From: an uncultured Oscillospiraceae bacterium
GTDB lineage: Bacteria; Bacillota; Clostridia; Oscillospirales; Oscillospiraceae
Direction of reading: 5' to 3'
Assembly: GCA_910584045.1 (NCBI GenBank)
Contig: CAJTYO010000008.1
Span: 1,838 to 65,837, forward strand
Length of the DNA: 64,000 bases
Below the pieces are notes generated by a model, which saw only the letters and a list, made by a program, of their open reading frames with translations, had not been told where the DNA came from and ran no database searches. Below, in pieces: positions 27,190 to 36,778 of this stretch. Positions within the stretch are counted from its first letter, which is position 1; each line of letters starts with the position of its first letter. The translations under genes and the position numbers were made by a program.

Positions 27190-28688
27190 AGCCCTCCATC
27201 GGCTGTTTTCACTGCCAGCTCCACCAGCGCATCAATCGCCGCCCTCTCCGCCACCTGAACGAACAGGCCATGCCTCTTCGCCTCTCCGGCGGTCTGCTCT
27301 CCGATACAGAGGCCCGTGATTCGTGTGAAATCCGCATCCGGCCCCACTGCGAAGACAAGTCCCTTGACCGTGGAGGCGGAGGTAAAAGTTACATAGTCAA
27401 ACCGCCCCGCCTCTATCTCCCTCCGAAGCTCTGCGGACCTGGGGTTGTTGTATATTGTGCGGTAAACGGACACATCATCACAGGCAATCCCCGCCGCCTC
27501 CAGCGCGTTCGTCAAGGCGGGAGTCCCCTCCTCCGCCCGCAGCAGCAGTACTCTGCCCCCAGCGACATTTGCCAGGGCCGCACCCATGTGGGCGGCGTCG
27601 CAGAACTCCGGAACCAGGTCGGCGGCAAGCCCGCGGGCCGTCAGCGCCCGCCCGGTGGCAGGGCCGACGGCCGCCAGTTTCACGCCTCCCAGCGCCCGGG
27701 CATCTTTTCCCATATCCCGCAGGCACGACCAGAACGCCTCCACCCCAGCGGCACTGGTGAAGCCCAACCATTCATAGGCTGAAAGCCGCCCCAGCGCCTC
27801 CTCCATGGCAGGACAGGGCCGGATGGCCTCCGTGCGGATGCAGGGAAACCCCACCACGTCCGCCCCCAGCGCCCGCAGCTTCTCCGACAGCGTTCCCGCC
27901 CGATCTACAGGCCGGGTAACCAGAATTCTCCTGCCATGGAGGGGGAGCCGCTCAAACCAGCACAGCTCCTCCGACAGAGAGCAAACGCCTCCCACAATCA
28001 ACAAGGCGGGGCTGCGGATACCCATCTCCGCCGCCCGCCTCTCCAAGTTGGACAGGGTCGACAGACACCGCCGCTGCTGCGGCAGGGTTCCGTTTTCCAC
28101 CATGGCGGCTGGGACGTCCGGGTCCATCCCGGCCGATAGCAGCCCCTCCGCAATGACCGGCAGGGCCGTCACACCCATGAGGAACACCAGCGTCCCCCTG
28201 GTCCGTACCAAGGCCTCAAAGTCGATGTTCAGAGCCGTGCCCGCCCGCGCGTGGGCGGTGACAAAATGCACAGAGGAGGCGAAATCCCGATGGGTCACCG
28301 GGATCCCCCCATAGGCCGCCGCCGCCACGGCAGAGGTAATACCGGGTACCTCCTCGAAGTCCACTCCTCCGGCGGCAAGTACCTGCAGCTCCTCGCCGCC
28401 CCGGCCAAAGACGAAGGGGTCCCCGCCCTTCAGCCGCACCACATTGCGCCCCGCCCGCGCCTCCTTCAACAGAATACGGTTGATCCCATCCTGGGGCACC
28501 GGATGATGGCTGGCCTCCTTGCCCACGTCGATCCGCTGGGCGGAGGCGGGGATCAGCGAGAGCACGGCGGGGCTCACCAACCGGTCATAGACCACAACCT
28601 CTGCCTGCTCCAGCGCCCACAGCCCCTTAACAGTCAGCAGCCCCGGGTCCCCAGGACCAGCCCCTACAAGCGTCACTTTCCCTGCCAT
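27180..28688 (-). CDS. cobA-hemD: Bifunctional uroporphyrinogen-III C-methyltransferase / uroporphyrinogen-III synthase
   Basis: N-terminal SUMT (VTLVGAGPGDPGLLT, VVRLKGGDPFVFGRGGEE, VPGITS) fused to a C-terminal HemD-like half. 502 aa. Confidence 0.9.
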   Translation of the reverse strand: MAGKVTLVGAGPGDPGLLTVKGLWALEQAEVVVYDRLVSPAVLSLIPASAQRIDVGKEASHHPVPQDGINRILLKEARAGRNVVRLKGGDPFVFGRGGEELQVLAAGGVDFEEVPGITSAVAAAAYGGIPVTHRDFASSVHFVTAHARAGTALNIDFEALVRTRGTLVFLMGVTALPVIAEGLLSAGMDPDVPAAMVENGTLPQQRRCLSTLSNLERRAAEMGIRSPALLIVGGVCSLSEELCWFERLPLHGRRILVTRPVDRAGTLSEKLRALGADVVGFPCIRTEAIRPCPAMEEALGRLSAYEWLGFTSAAGVEAFWSCLRDMGKDARALGGVKLAAVGPATGRALTARGLAADLVPEFCDAAHMGAALANVAGGRVLLLRAEEGTPALTNALEAAGIACDDVSVYRTIYNNPRSAELRREIEAGRFDYVTFTSASTVKGLVFAVGPDADFTRITGLCIGEQTAGEAKRHGLFVQVAERAAIDALVELAVKTADGGLCI

Positions 28689-28691
28689 GGA

Positions 28692-29567
28692 CTATCCCTC
28701 CTTCAGCTTTTTTGCCAGAGTCCGAGCCAGTGCGGTCCCATCCCCGGCAGGGCCGGATATGGCGCCCCTCCAAAGGCGGTCCTCCTCATCCGCATACAGT
28801 CCGGTGACTGTAATCCCCTCCCCCTCCGTCTCGGCATAGGCCGCAATAGGAGAGGAGCAGCCCCCGTCCAGCGCCCGGACAAATGCCCGCTCCGCCATGG
28901 CGCAGGCCTCTGCCGCCGGGTCTCGGAGGCAGTCAAAAACCGCCCTGTCCATATCCGCCCGGCACTGGACGGCCAGAATACCCTGTCCGGCGGCGGGCAA
29001 CAGTTCCTCCGGCTGAAAGTATCGGCTGATCCGCCCCTCCAGACCCAGGCGTTTCAGTCCCGCCGCCGCCAGCACCAGAGCGCCGTACTCTCCGCCGTCC
29101 AACTTGCGCAGACGGGTCTGCACATTTCCCCGGACGGGCCGGACCTCCAGCTCCGGAAACAGCTTCCTCAACTGAAACCGCCGCCGGGGACTGGCGCTGC
29201 CGATAGGGCCGACCAGACTCTCCGCTCCCTCCGGCAGTACAAGCGCATCCCGGGGGTCTTCCCGCCGAAGGAAGGCCACAACGGGCAGTTCCTCAGGCAG
29301 GTTCATAGGCAAATCCTTACAGCTGTGGACCGTCAGGTCCACCCGTCCCTCCCGCAGAGCGGCCTCCAACTCCTTGACAAACAGGCCCTTCCCCCCCACC
29401 TGCTCCAGCGTGCGGTCCAGAATTCTGTCCCCGGTGGTCTTCATGGTCACCAGTTCCAGCTCCAGCTCCGGCCAGGCTGAACGGAGCGCGTCCATCACCA
29501 ACCGGGACTGGATTACCGCCAGGCGGCTGTCCCTGCTGCCAACACGCAGCCTTTTAATATGTATCAT
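28692..29567 (-). CDS. hemC: Hydroxymethylbilane synthase (porphobilinogen deaminase)
   Basis: LRVGSRDSRLAVIQS, TTGDRILD, GGKGLFVKELE, DLTVHSCKDLP, RGNV.TRL.KL. Start moved to the ATG at 29567. Confidence 0.9.
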   Translation of the reverse strand: MIHIKRLRVGSRDSRLAVIQSRLVMDALRSAWPELELELVTMKTTGDRILDRTLEQVGGKGLFVKELEAALREGRVDLTVHSCKDLPMNLPEELPVVAFLRREDPRDALVLPEGAESLVGPIGSASPRRRFQLRKLFPELEVRPVRGNVQTRLRKLDGGEYGALVLAAAGLKRLGLEGRISRYFQPEELLPAAGQGILAVQCRADMDRAVFDCLRDPAAEACAMAERAFVRALDGGCSSPIAAYAETEGEGITVTGLYADEEDRLWRGAISGPAGDGTALARTLAKKLKEG

Positions 29568-30009
29568 CCTTTCCGTTTTCCAGGATTGTTCGAACTTTTT
29601 CTGCTGTTTCGGCGGTTCTTCTGTGGTCCGACCCATCCCCCACCAAACCGGCCACCATGCCGTTCCCCTGGCATATGGCGGGGAAGAAAAAGTCGCAGTC
29701 CGACGGCTCGTCCGATCGATTGAAGAAAATCCCCAGCTGTCTGGCCTCCCGCCCTGCGGCCTCGTTGACGGACCCGTCATCGGCGGCAGCCACAACCAGA
29801 AACGCCCCCGCCAGATCCCCGGACCTGTAGATCCGCTCCTCATAGCGGACGCCCACCGCCTTCCGCACCATAGATGGTGAGATCACCGTGACCTCTGCGC
29901 CGAAGTCCGCCAGGACCTCCGCCCGGCGTAGCCCTACCGTCCCGCCGCCGATCACGACGGCCTTTTTTCCGGTGAGATCCACAAACAGAGGAAAACGCCT
30001 ATTCCCCAT
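29554..30009 (-). CDS. sirC: Precorrin-2 dehydrogenase / sirohydrochlorin ferrochelatase (siroheme synthase N-terminal type)
   Basis: FPLFVDLTGKKAVVIGGGTVGLRRAEVLADFGAEVTVISP Rossmann motif. About 151 aa. Overlaps both neighbours. Confidence 0.8.
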   Translation of the reverse strand: MGNRRFPLFVDLTGKKAVVIGGGTVGLRRAEVLADFGAEVTVISPSMVRKAVGVRYEERIYRSGDLAGAFLVVAAADDGSVNEAAGREARQLGIFFNRSDEPSDCDFFFPAICQGNGMVAGLVGDGSDHRRTAETAEKVRTILENGKDDTY

Positions 30010-30712
30010 TCCGCTTGACCACCACCACGGAGAAATACCCGCTGTCCTCCGGCGCGTCAGCGAACCGGGGGTACACCCGCTCGGTCTCCATGCCGCAGTT
30101 CTCCACCATGGATGCCCGGTCCAGTAATTCGTGGGCCTCCAACGTTCTGCGCAGCTGACCAAGCTCTCGGCCCGCCTTCATGAACACATAGTTTGCATCC
30201 ACCGACAGGCAGTCCTCCACGTCCCGGTGGGAGGCGGGGATAATCAGTAGCCTCTCTCCGCCCTCGCACAGCCCGCCGCCTAACGCCGCCGCCACCGCAC
30301 AGAAGGACGGCACGCCAGGAATGATCCTCGCCTCATACCCCCTGGCCAACACCCGCCGATGGGTGTAGATATACGTGGCGTACACCGATGGGTCCCCCAG
30401 GGTGATGAACGCCACCGTTTTCCCCTCGTCCAGCAAGCCGGCGATCAGCTGGGCATTTGCCTCATAGGCTGCCTCCAGCCGCACAGGATCCCGGGTCATG
30501 GGGGCCTGGCAGTACAGCAGGGGTTTGCCCTCCGCCAAAGCGCCGATGATGGTCAGGGCCGTTTTCTCCCCCGCCCCCTTGTCGGGAACGGCGATGACGT
30601 CCGCCTCGTTCAAAATTCTCTGAGCCTTGAGTGTCAGAAGCTCCGGATCTCCGGGCCCTACGCCCACACCGTATAAAATACCTTTTTCCACGATGGGTAT
30701 CCTCTCCTTCAT
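29999..30712 (-). CDS. cbiL: Precorrin-2 / cobalt-factor-II C20-methyltransferase
   Basis: LYGVGVGPGDPELLTLKA, AFITLGDPSVYATY, IPGVPSF. 237 aa. Confidence 0.85.
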   Translation of the reverse strand: MKERIPIVEKGILYGVGVGPGDPELLTLKAQRILNEADVIAVPDKGAGEKTALTIIGALAEGKPLLYCQAPMTRDPVRLEAAYEANAQLIAGLLDEGKTVAFITLGDPSVYATYIYTHRRVLARGYEARIIPGVPSFCAVAAALGGGLCEGGERLLIIPASHRDVEDCLSVDANYVFMKAGRELGQLRRTLEAHELLDRASMVENCGMETERVYPRFADAPEDSGYFSVVVVKRNGE

Positions 30713-30803
30713 ATGTAGTTTGCTCCCCTCCTCCGGTACATGCTCCCCGCCGGACAGCCCAGCGCTTCAGCGGTCCGCTCCAGAGGGGATGCGTCCAGAA
30801 TTG

Positions 30804-31799
30804 CTACGCCTCCTCCTGTTCAGGGTCGGTCCTTTCCTCGGAGGCGGGGTTCTCCGGGGAGGCAGGCTCTATCTCCGCAGGCGCCTCCACAGATGTCGCC
30901 ACAGCTTCCCGCGCCGCAGCCTGACGGTTGACGAACAGGTTCTCCTGCCCGTGTGGGCACTTGCGCTTGTTCATGATCAACACTGCCGCCCCCGCGATGA
31001 CGAACAGAATGCTCAGCAGCTGGCTGACCCGGATGGGCTGGCCGAAGAGCTCCCAGCCGAAGAGTTTGAGCGTATCGGTGCGCATCCCCTCAATCCAGGC
31101 TCGGCCCAGGCCGTACCAGATGAAGTAGAAGCAGGTGTTCTCCCCATCGAAGGTTCGAGCCTTAGAGATGACAAACACAATCAGCAGCAGACCGATCAGA
31201 TTCCACAGACTCTCATACAGGAACGTGGGATGGACCTCAATATATTCCGTGGCAGACACCCACACCCGCATCCGCCAAGGCAAAGTGGTCTCACCGCCGA
31301 AGACCTCCCGGTTGACGAAGTTGCCCCACCGGCCAACAGCCTGGCCAATGAGCAGACCCATTACTCCCAGGTCCGCGAAGGCCCCGAAGGACAGCTTCTT
31401 CCTCCGGCAGAAGATCAGCAGGACGAAAAAGGCCGTGATGACCGCCCCATAGATGGCCAGTCCGCCGTCCCATATGGCGACCATTTTGCCCCAGTTGAGG
31501 CCGCCGTCGGCATTTCGAAACATATCCAGATAGAAGACGACATAGTAGAGCCTGGCCCCGAGAATGCACAGCGGTATCTGCCAGATCATCATGTCATAGA
31601 TATTATCCTCCGTAATGCCGTACTTCTTCCCCTGCCGGCAGCAGAACAGCACGGCAAGAATCAGCCCCGCACAGATGATGATTCCGTACCAGCGCACCCC
31701 GTTCATAATGGGGATAGCCACTGGAGACGGGTTGATGGACCAGTCCCCGAACAGGCCGGGGAAACTGATGGGCATATCGGTCCTTGCATATTCATACAT
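30804..31799 (-). CDS. lgt: Prolipoprotein diacylglyceryl transferase with an acidic C-terminal extension
   Basis: RWYGIIICAG, GARLYYV, GGLAIYG, GQAVGRWGNF.N.E.FG, HPTFLYESLWN. Confidence 0.9.
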   Translation of the reverse strand: MYEYARTDMPISFPGLFGDWSINPSPVAIPIMNGVRWYGIIICAGLILAVLFCCRQGKKYGITEDNIYDMMIWQIPLCILGARLYYVVFYLDMFRNADGGLNWGKMVAIWDGGLAIYGAVITAFFVLLIFCRRKKLSFGAFADLGVMGLLIGQAVGRWGNFVNREVFGGETTLPWRMRVWVSATEYIEVHPTFLYESLWNLIGLLLIVFVISKARTFDGENTCFYFIWYGLGRAWIEGMRTDTLKLFGWELFGQPIRVSQLLSILFVIAGAAVLIMNKRKCPHGQENLFVNRQAAAREAVATSVEAPAEIEPASPENPASEERTDPEQEEA

Positions 31800-31826
31800 A
31801 ATACTTGTTCCTCCTTGGACGCTGTG

Positions 31827-33098
31827 CTACTGTTTTGGATGGATCAGGGATATGGCCGAACGCTCCTCGGTGACGTTCAGCCGCAGAAATGCCTCCACGT
31901 CCTCCTTGGTCACGGAGTCAAAAATCTCCGGGAATCGGTAGTAGTCGAAGCCCTGGAAATATCCCTCCGCCATGCTAATGGCGATATTTTCAAAGGAGTT
32001 GAGGCTGCGGAGCATTCCGCCATAGGCGGCCCGCCGGAGTTGGCGAAAGAAATCCCCGTCGATCCCCTCTCCGCCCAGCCGACCGGCCTGGCGGACAATC
32101 TCCTCGGACACCCGTCGGGGGTCCCGAGCGTCACCGCCCACATATATATAAGACGCCCCCGGCAGCATGTCGAAGTTGCCCCCCAGGCTGCCGTTGACGG
32201 CCCCCTCCTCGTACAGACGGGTATACAGCGGGCTGCTCTCCCCGAACAGGGCGTCGCAGGCCAGATCTCCGATAATGCTCTCCCGCAGCATCGCCTCCCC
32301 CCTCCCGGCGGGTACGCATTTAAAGCCCGTCAGGAACATGGGCATGGACACCTCCATAGTCAGCTCCGTCTCTGCTCTGTTCGGGATGGGGGATTCCTCC
32401 TGTCCGTAGTCCCTCTCGACAGCGGATCCGCCCTCCTGGGGCAGGATGGCCTCCGCCTCCTCCGCAATCCTCTCCGCCTCCACGTTTCCCACACACACCA
32501 ACACCATATTGGACGGCGTGTAAAAGGCCCGGTGACAATCGTATAGGACCTGGGGCGTGATGCGTCCAATGCTCTCCACCGAGCCAGCCACCGGTACCCG
32601 GGCAGGACTGTCCTTATACAGACACTCCATCATCCCCGCATATACCTGCCAATCCGGGTCGTCCTCCGTCTCCCGGATCTCCTGGGCGATGATGCCCCGT
32701 TCCTTGTCCACGCCCTCCTGGGTAAAGTAAGGCTCGGATACGAAGCGCAGCAATGTCCGCAGATTCTCATAGAACTTCTCGGTCGCGGTGAAATAGTAGG
32801 CGGTGACGGCGCTGCTGGTAAAGGCGTTATCCGACGCCCCGTTCCGAGCGAATATCTGGGTGACGCTGCCCTTCTCCTTGTCAAACAGCTTGTGCTCCAG
32901 ATAGTGGGCGACGCCGGCGGGGGTGTCCAGCCACTGGCCGTTCAGCCTGAAGCGCATATCCATGCCGCCGTACCGAGCAGCGAAGAAGGCATAGCTCCTG
33001 GCGTGATAGGGCTTTTGGACCACAATAATCTCCAGTCCGCTGTCCAGCCTCGCCCGGGACACCTTCTCCCCCAGTCGAGGATAGAATGCACCTGTCAT
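31827..33098 (-). CDS. M16 (pitrilysin/insulinase) family peptidase, catalytic-type subunit
   Basis: HxxEH zinc motif present (GVAHYLEHKLF). 423 aa. Overlaps the upstream paralog (ATGA). Confidence 0.85.
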   Translation of the reverse strand: MTGAFYPRLGEKVSRARLDSGLEIIVVQKPYHARSYAFFAARYGGMDMRFRLNGQWLDTPAGVAHYLEHKLFDKEKGSVTQIFARNGASDNAFTSSAVTAYYFTATEKFYENLRTLLRFVSEPYFTQEGVDKERGIIAQEIRETEDDPDWQVYAGMMECLYKDSPARVPVAGSVESIGRITPQVLYDCHRAFYTPSNMVLVCVGNVEAERIAEEAEAILPQEGGSAVERDYGQEESPIPNRAETELTMEVSMPMFLTGFKCVPAGRGEAMLRESIIGDLACDALFGESSPLYTRLYEEGAVNGSLGGNFDMLPGASYIYVGGDARDPRRVSEEIVRQAGRLGGEGIDGDFFRQLRRAAYGGMLRSLNSFENIAISMAEGYFQGFDYYRFPEIFDSVTKEDVEAFLRLNVTEERSAISLIHPKQ

Positions 33099-34357
33099 GG
33101 CCGAGTCTCCTTCCCTGTCAAGAAATAGATCGTATCCAGCCGTACCTCCCCCGCCGCCTGCCGGATGCGCTCCGGCGTCACCGCCCGGATAGCGTTGATC
33201 AGGCCCTGGACGGTCTCCTCACCGCCGGAGACCGCCTGTCCCATGACAAAATCCTCCAGCGCCCCGGCGGAGTCCTCCATGGAGCGCAGGCCGCTGAGCA
33301 GGGATTGTTTGGCCCCCTCCAGCTCCCAGTCCTCCCACTCGCCCCTTTTCAATGCCTCCAGCTGGCCCAGAATCTCCTCCACCGCCCGTTCATAACTGTC
33401 GGGTTCAATGCCGGAAGAGATGGTGACAAGTCCCTTGAGCCGGTGGTAGACGCTGCCCGCATAATAGCACAGTGACAGCTTCTCACGCACGTTGACAAAC
33501 AGCTTGGAGGTGGCGGCCCCGCCGAACATGGCGTTCATCAGCATGGTGGCGGGCGCATCCATGCTGCCAGTGCGGCAGCCGATGCACAGCTTGCCCTGAG
33601 CTACGTCCATCTCCTCCGTTATCACTCGGAGCTCCTCCCTGGCGGGACGGCGCTCGGTGGGCACGGGGATCAGCTCTCCCTGCCGGGGCAGCTGGGCGAA
33701 AGCCCTGGTAAAGGCCCCCGCCACCCGCTCCCGCGGCGCGCTGCCGCAGTAGAACAGCTCCAGCCGCCCTCTGGACAGCATATCCCGGTAGTGTCTGTTG
33801 ATCCGCAGCTGGGATATCTTCTCCACGTCCTCCGCGCCGCCCAGCCGCCGCACGCCGTAGCGCTCTCCGGCGCACATCTCTTCCATCAGCCGCCGGGCGG
33901 CGTATGCGCGCTTGTCGTTCACATCGCTGCGAATCAGATCCGCCAGGTTTTCCCGCTCGCTCTCCACATAGGACCGCAGAAACCGCCCGCCCTCGGTGGC
34001 GGGTGCGCAGCAGGACTCTCCCAGCAGATCCGCCAGCTTCTCCAGCAGCCGCTCCCCTTTGGGCAGCAGCCGATCGTCCACACAGCTGGCCACAAAGCCG
34101 AAGATCTGGTTCTCCCCCTTTTTGCGCACCGTGGGCTCCAGCCGCGCGCCATAGAGCAGGTCCAGCTCCCGGCTGATGGAGGACATATCGGGACACCGGG
34201 CAGTCCCCCGGCTCAGCACGTTCACCATCAAGGCGTTGCAGCCCGCCGTCTCACTGTCCAGCGGAGCGGCCATCTGGGCGCTCATAAAACTGGTTTTGAA
34301 CTTTTCCGATGGGATATGGGTAAGATAGACGTTGTCCATCAGGCTCTGTCGCGTCAT
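33095..34357 (-). CDS. M16 family peptidase-like protein, HxxEH motif absent
   Basis: Same two-lobed size (420 aa) and layout as its neighbour, but no HxxEH near the N-terminus. Confidence 0.8.
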   Translation of the reverse strand: MTRQSLMDNVYLTHIPSEKFKTSFMSAQMAAPLDSETAGCNALMVNVLSRGTARCPDMSSISRELDLLYGARLEPTVRKKGENQIFGFVASCVDDRLLPKGERLLEKLADLLGESCCAPATEGGRFLRSYVESERENLADLIRSDVNDKRAYAARRLMEEMCAGERYGVRRLGGAEDVEKISQLRINRHYRDMLSRGRLELFYCGSAPRERVAGAFTRAFAQLPRQGELIPVPTERRPAREELRVITEEMDVAQGKLCIGCRTGSMDAPATMLMNAMFGGAATSKLFVNVREKLSLCYYAGSVYHRLKGLVTISSGIEPDSYERAVEEILGQLEALKRGEWEDWELEGAKQSLLSGLRSMEDSAGALEDFVMGQAVSGGEETVQGLINAIRAVTPERIRQAAGEVRLDTIYFLTGKETRP

Positions 34358-34486
34358 GCCCTTTCTCCTTCTCTTGTCTGGTCTCTGCTAGTATATACCT
34401 TTTTCCCCATAGTTTCCATAGGGGCGGCAGAATTTTATTTTAAATTTTGCTGAAGAGGGGACGGCGTACACCGCCGCCCCCTCAGC

Positions 34487-35065
34487 TCAATTATACCGGT
34501 TCTGCGCCTCCTGCACGCCCCTTTCCATCACGCACAGGGCGGCGTCTACGGCCCGAGAGACCGCCTCGTCCACGGTCTTACGCTCCTGGGGGGTGAAATG
34601 TCCGATGACCCAGTCGATCATCTCGTGGTCCGGGTGCGCCGGCGCACCCACCCCCACCCGGACTCTGGGGAACTGGTCGGTCCCCAGGTGGGCGATGATG
34701 TTCTTTAATCCGTTGTGCCCGCCGGCGCTGCCGCCGGCGCGGATGCGCAGCTTCCCCAGCGGCAGCGCCACGTCGTCGGAGATCACCAGCACCCGCTCCG
34801 GGGGAATCTTATAAAATCCCCCCGCAAGCTTCACCGCCTCCCCGCTCAGATTCATATACGTCTGAGGCTTGAGTACCAGAACCCGCCCTCCGCCTGTCCG
34901 GATCTCGCCGGTCAATGCTCGATAGCGGAGCTTGTTGATCTTTACGCCCTCCCGGCGGGCAAGCTCGTCGGCAGCCATGAAGCCGATGTTGTGGCGGGTG
35001 GTCTCGTAGTCCCGGCCCGGGTTGCCCAGGCAGACCAGAAGCCATTGGAAATTTGACGTTGACAT
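34487..35065 (-). CDS. pth: Peptidyl-tRNA hydrolase
   Basis: LLVCLGNPG..Y..TRHNIGF, GGHNGLK. Start moved to the ATG at 35065. Confidence 0.9.
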   Translation of the reverse strand: MSTSNFQWLLVCLGNPGRDYETTRHNIGFMAADELARREGVKINKLRYRALTGEIRTGGGRVLVLKPQTYMNLSGEAVKLAGGFYKIPPERVLVISDDVALPLGKLRIRAGGSAGGHNGLKNIIAHLGTDQFPRVRVGVGAPAHPDHEMIDWVIGHFTPQERKTVDEAVSRAVDAALCVMERGVQEAQNRYN

Positions 35066-35123
35066 TCGTTTTATTCTCCAGTCGGTTGTTTCATCTGTTC
35101 GACAGCCTGGGGTGACGCCCCTC

Positions 35124-35345
35124 TCATGCCTCCCCATCGTCCACCAGGCGAATAATGTCGCCTGGCGTGCAGTCCAGCGCTATGCACATCCCCAAAACAA
35201 TATCTCGGTTATACCTCGTTACACGATCTTTGTAATATCCGTCTATCGTCGGATAAGTGGTCCCCATACGTTTCGCAAGCTCATACCTGGTCATGTTCCG
35301 CTTTTTCAGCAACTCATCCAGAACAATATGAATTGAAAAAGGCAT
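35124..35345 (-). CDS. XRE/Cro-type helix-turn-helix regulator
   Basis: 73 aa. LDELLKKRNMTRYELAKRMGTTYPTIDGYYKD is a classic HTH_3/HTH_26 pattern. AT-rich upstream region. Confidence 0.75.
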   Translation of the reverse strand: MPFSIHIVLDELLKKRNMTRYELAKRMGTTYPTIDGYYKDRVTRYNRDIVLGMCIALDCTPGDIIRLVDDGEA

Positions 35346-35486
35346 ATAATCACCACCCCATATATAGTGTTTTGTTAGTATATACCATACATTTACACTT
35401 GGCAAGTACAAGTTAACAATATATATATTGCGAAGTGTTTATATGAAGAGAAAAAAGACCTGCTGGATGAGCTATTCATCACCTGT

Positions 35487-35672
35487 ATGGACCTTGGCGG
35501 CGATCTGCTCATGCTGGAGGGGGTGCTGCGGGACAAGGAGAGGAGGCCGGCGTCCTCAGAGTGCAGGTCCCTCCGTCTGACCCGGCTGAAGGACTACATA
35601 CGCCAGCACACAGAGGAAATCATCTGTCTGACCGGCGCACTGCGCCGGCTCCCTCCGGCAAGGCGAAGGTAA
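35487..35672 (+). CDS. Doubtful 61-aa ORF, possibly a gene fragment
   Basis: The helical-looking reading frame stays open about 25 codons upstream of the ATG (EEKKDLLDELFITC...) with no start codon or RBS there. Divergent from the XRE gene. Confidence 0.2.
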   Translation: MDLGGDLLMLEGVLRDKERRPASSECRSLRLTRLKDYIRQHTEEIICLTGALRRLPPARRR

Positions 35673-35681
35673 TACAGGGCA

Positions 35682-35715
35682 AAGGAAAAGCACCCCCGAA
35701 GGGGTGCTTTTCCTT
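35682..35715. terminator. Bidirectional intrinsic terminator (downstream of prs)
   Basis: Perfect 15-bp stem aaggaaaagcacccc / ggggtgcttttcctt with a cgaa tetraloop. Confidence 0.85.
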
Positions 35716-35722
35716 ACATGAA

Positions 35723-36682
35723 TCAAATCCATAGTTTGGATACGGAAATCTCCTGGTAGATCCGCTCAATGGCCTCCGCAAACATCGGAGCCACCGTCAA
35801 ATATTTGATCTTGCTTGATAGGGCGGGATCCACTGCCGCAATAGTGTCAAGGAAAGCAATCTCCTTGATGGGACTGTTGTTAATCCGATCAATGGCGGGC
35901 CCGGACAATACCCCGTGGGACGCGCAGGCGTACACATTCCGTGCGCCGCCCACCTCCACGATGGCCTTGGCCGCATTACACAGGCTGCCGGCAGTGTCCA
36001 CCATATCGTCGAACAGGATACAGTCCTTTCCCTCCACGTCGCCAATGACATTCATCACCTCGCACTGGTTGGCCTTCTGCCGCCGCTTGTCCACGATGGC
36101 CAGATTCATGTGCAGCTTCTGCGCAAAGGCTCGGGTACGGGACACGCTGCCCACGTCCGGAGATACCGCGATCATCTCCTCGCACTTCTCCCCGAACTTC
36201 TTGGCGTAGTAGTCAACAAAAACCGGGTTGCCGTACAGGTTATCCACCGGGATGTCAAAAAAGCCCTGAATCTGGGCGGCGTGCAGGTCCATGGTCAGCA
36301 CCCGGTCAGCACCCGCCGCAGTGAGCATATTGGCCACCAGCTTGGCGGAGATGGGATCCCGCGCCTTGGCCTTGCGGTCCTGGCGGGCATAGCCGAAATA
36401 GGGGATCACCGCCGTGACCCGCCCGGCGGAGGCCCGCTTCATGGCGTCGATCATGATCAGCAGCTCCATCAAATGGTCGTTCACCGGGCTGCTGGTAGAC
36501 TGGATCAGGAACACATCCGACCCGCGGACGGATTCGTAGATGGAGGCGAAGGCCTCCCCGTCGGAGAAATGTCCGATCTCGGCGCTGCCCAGCTGAATGC
36601 CGATCAGGCGGCACACGTCCTTGGCCAGGTTCTGGTTGGCGTTGCCACTGAACACCTTCATGTCTTTTCCGTGAGAAATCAT
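35723..36682 (-). CDS. prs: Ribose-phosphate pyrophosphokinase
   Basis: MKVFSGNANQ.LA, DGE, YFGYARQDRK, DLHA.QIQGFFDIPVD, DDMVDTAG. The start at 36682 has the best RBS spacing. Confidence 0.95.
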   Translation of the reverse strand: MISHGKDMKVFSGNANQNLAKDVCRLIGIQLGSAEIGHFSDGEAFASIYESVRGSDVFLIQSTSSPVNDHLMELLIMIDAMKRASAGRVTAVIPYFGYARQDRKAKARDPISAKLVANMLTAAGADRVLTMDLHAAQIQGFFDIPVDNLYGNPVFVDYYAKKFGEKCEEMIAVSPDVGSVSRTRAFAQKLHMNLAIVDKRRQKANQCEVMNVIGDVEGKDCILFDDMVDTAGSLCNAAKAIVEVGGARNVYACASHGVLSGPAIDRINNSPIKEIAFLDTIAAVDPALSSKIKYLTVAPMFAEAIERIYQEISVSKLWI

Positions 36683-36778
36683 TTCCAACATCCTCTTTTC
36701 ATCGTAATCTTCGTTCTCGGAAGGGTCGGGCTTGAATGGTCTCCCATGGGGCGGGCCGCGCATAGGCGGCCCCGCCGC

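Noticed and set aside
28251-29480. 409-aa ORF on the plus strand
   Set aside because: It is antisense to cobA/hemD and hemC. It is Pro/Gln/Arg/Leu-rich with no motifs.
30713-30803. Possible cobalamin riboswitch upstream of cbiL
   Set aside because: The gap between the lgt stop and the cbiL start is only 91 nt, too short for a B12 element. No B12-box-like sequence was seen.
30627-32546. 639-aa ORF on the plus strand
   Set aside because: It is antisense to cbiL, lgt and the M16 peptidase, all of which have clear family signatures. The composition is Arg/Pro/Gly/His-rich low complexity.
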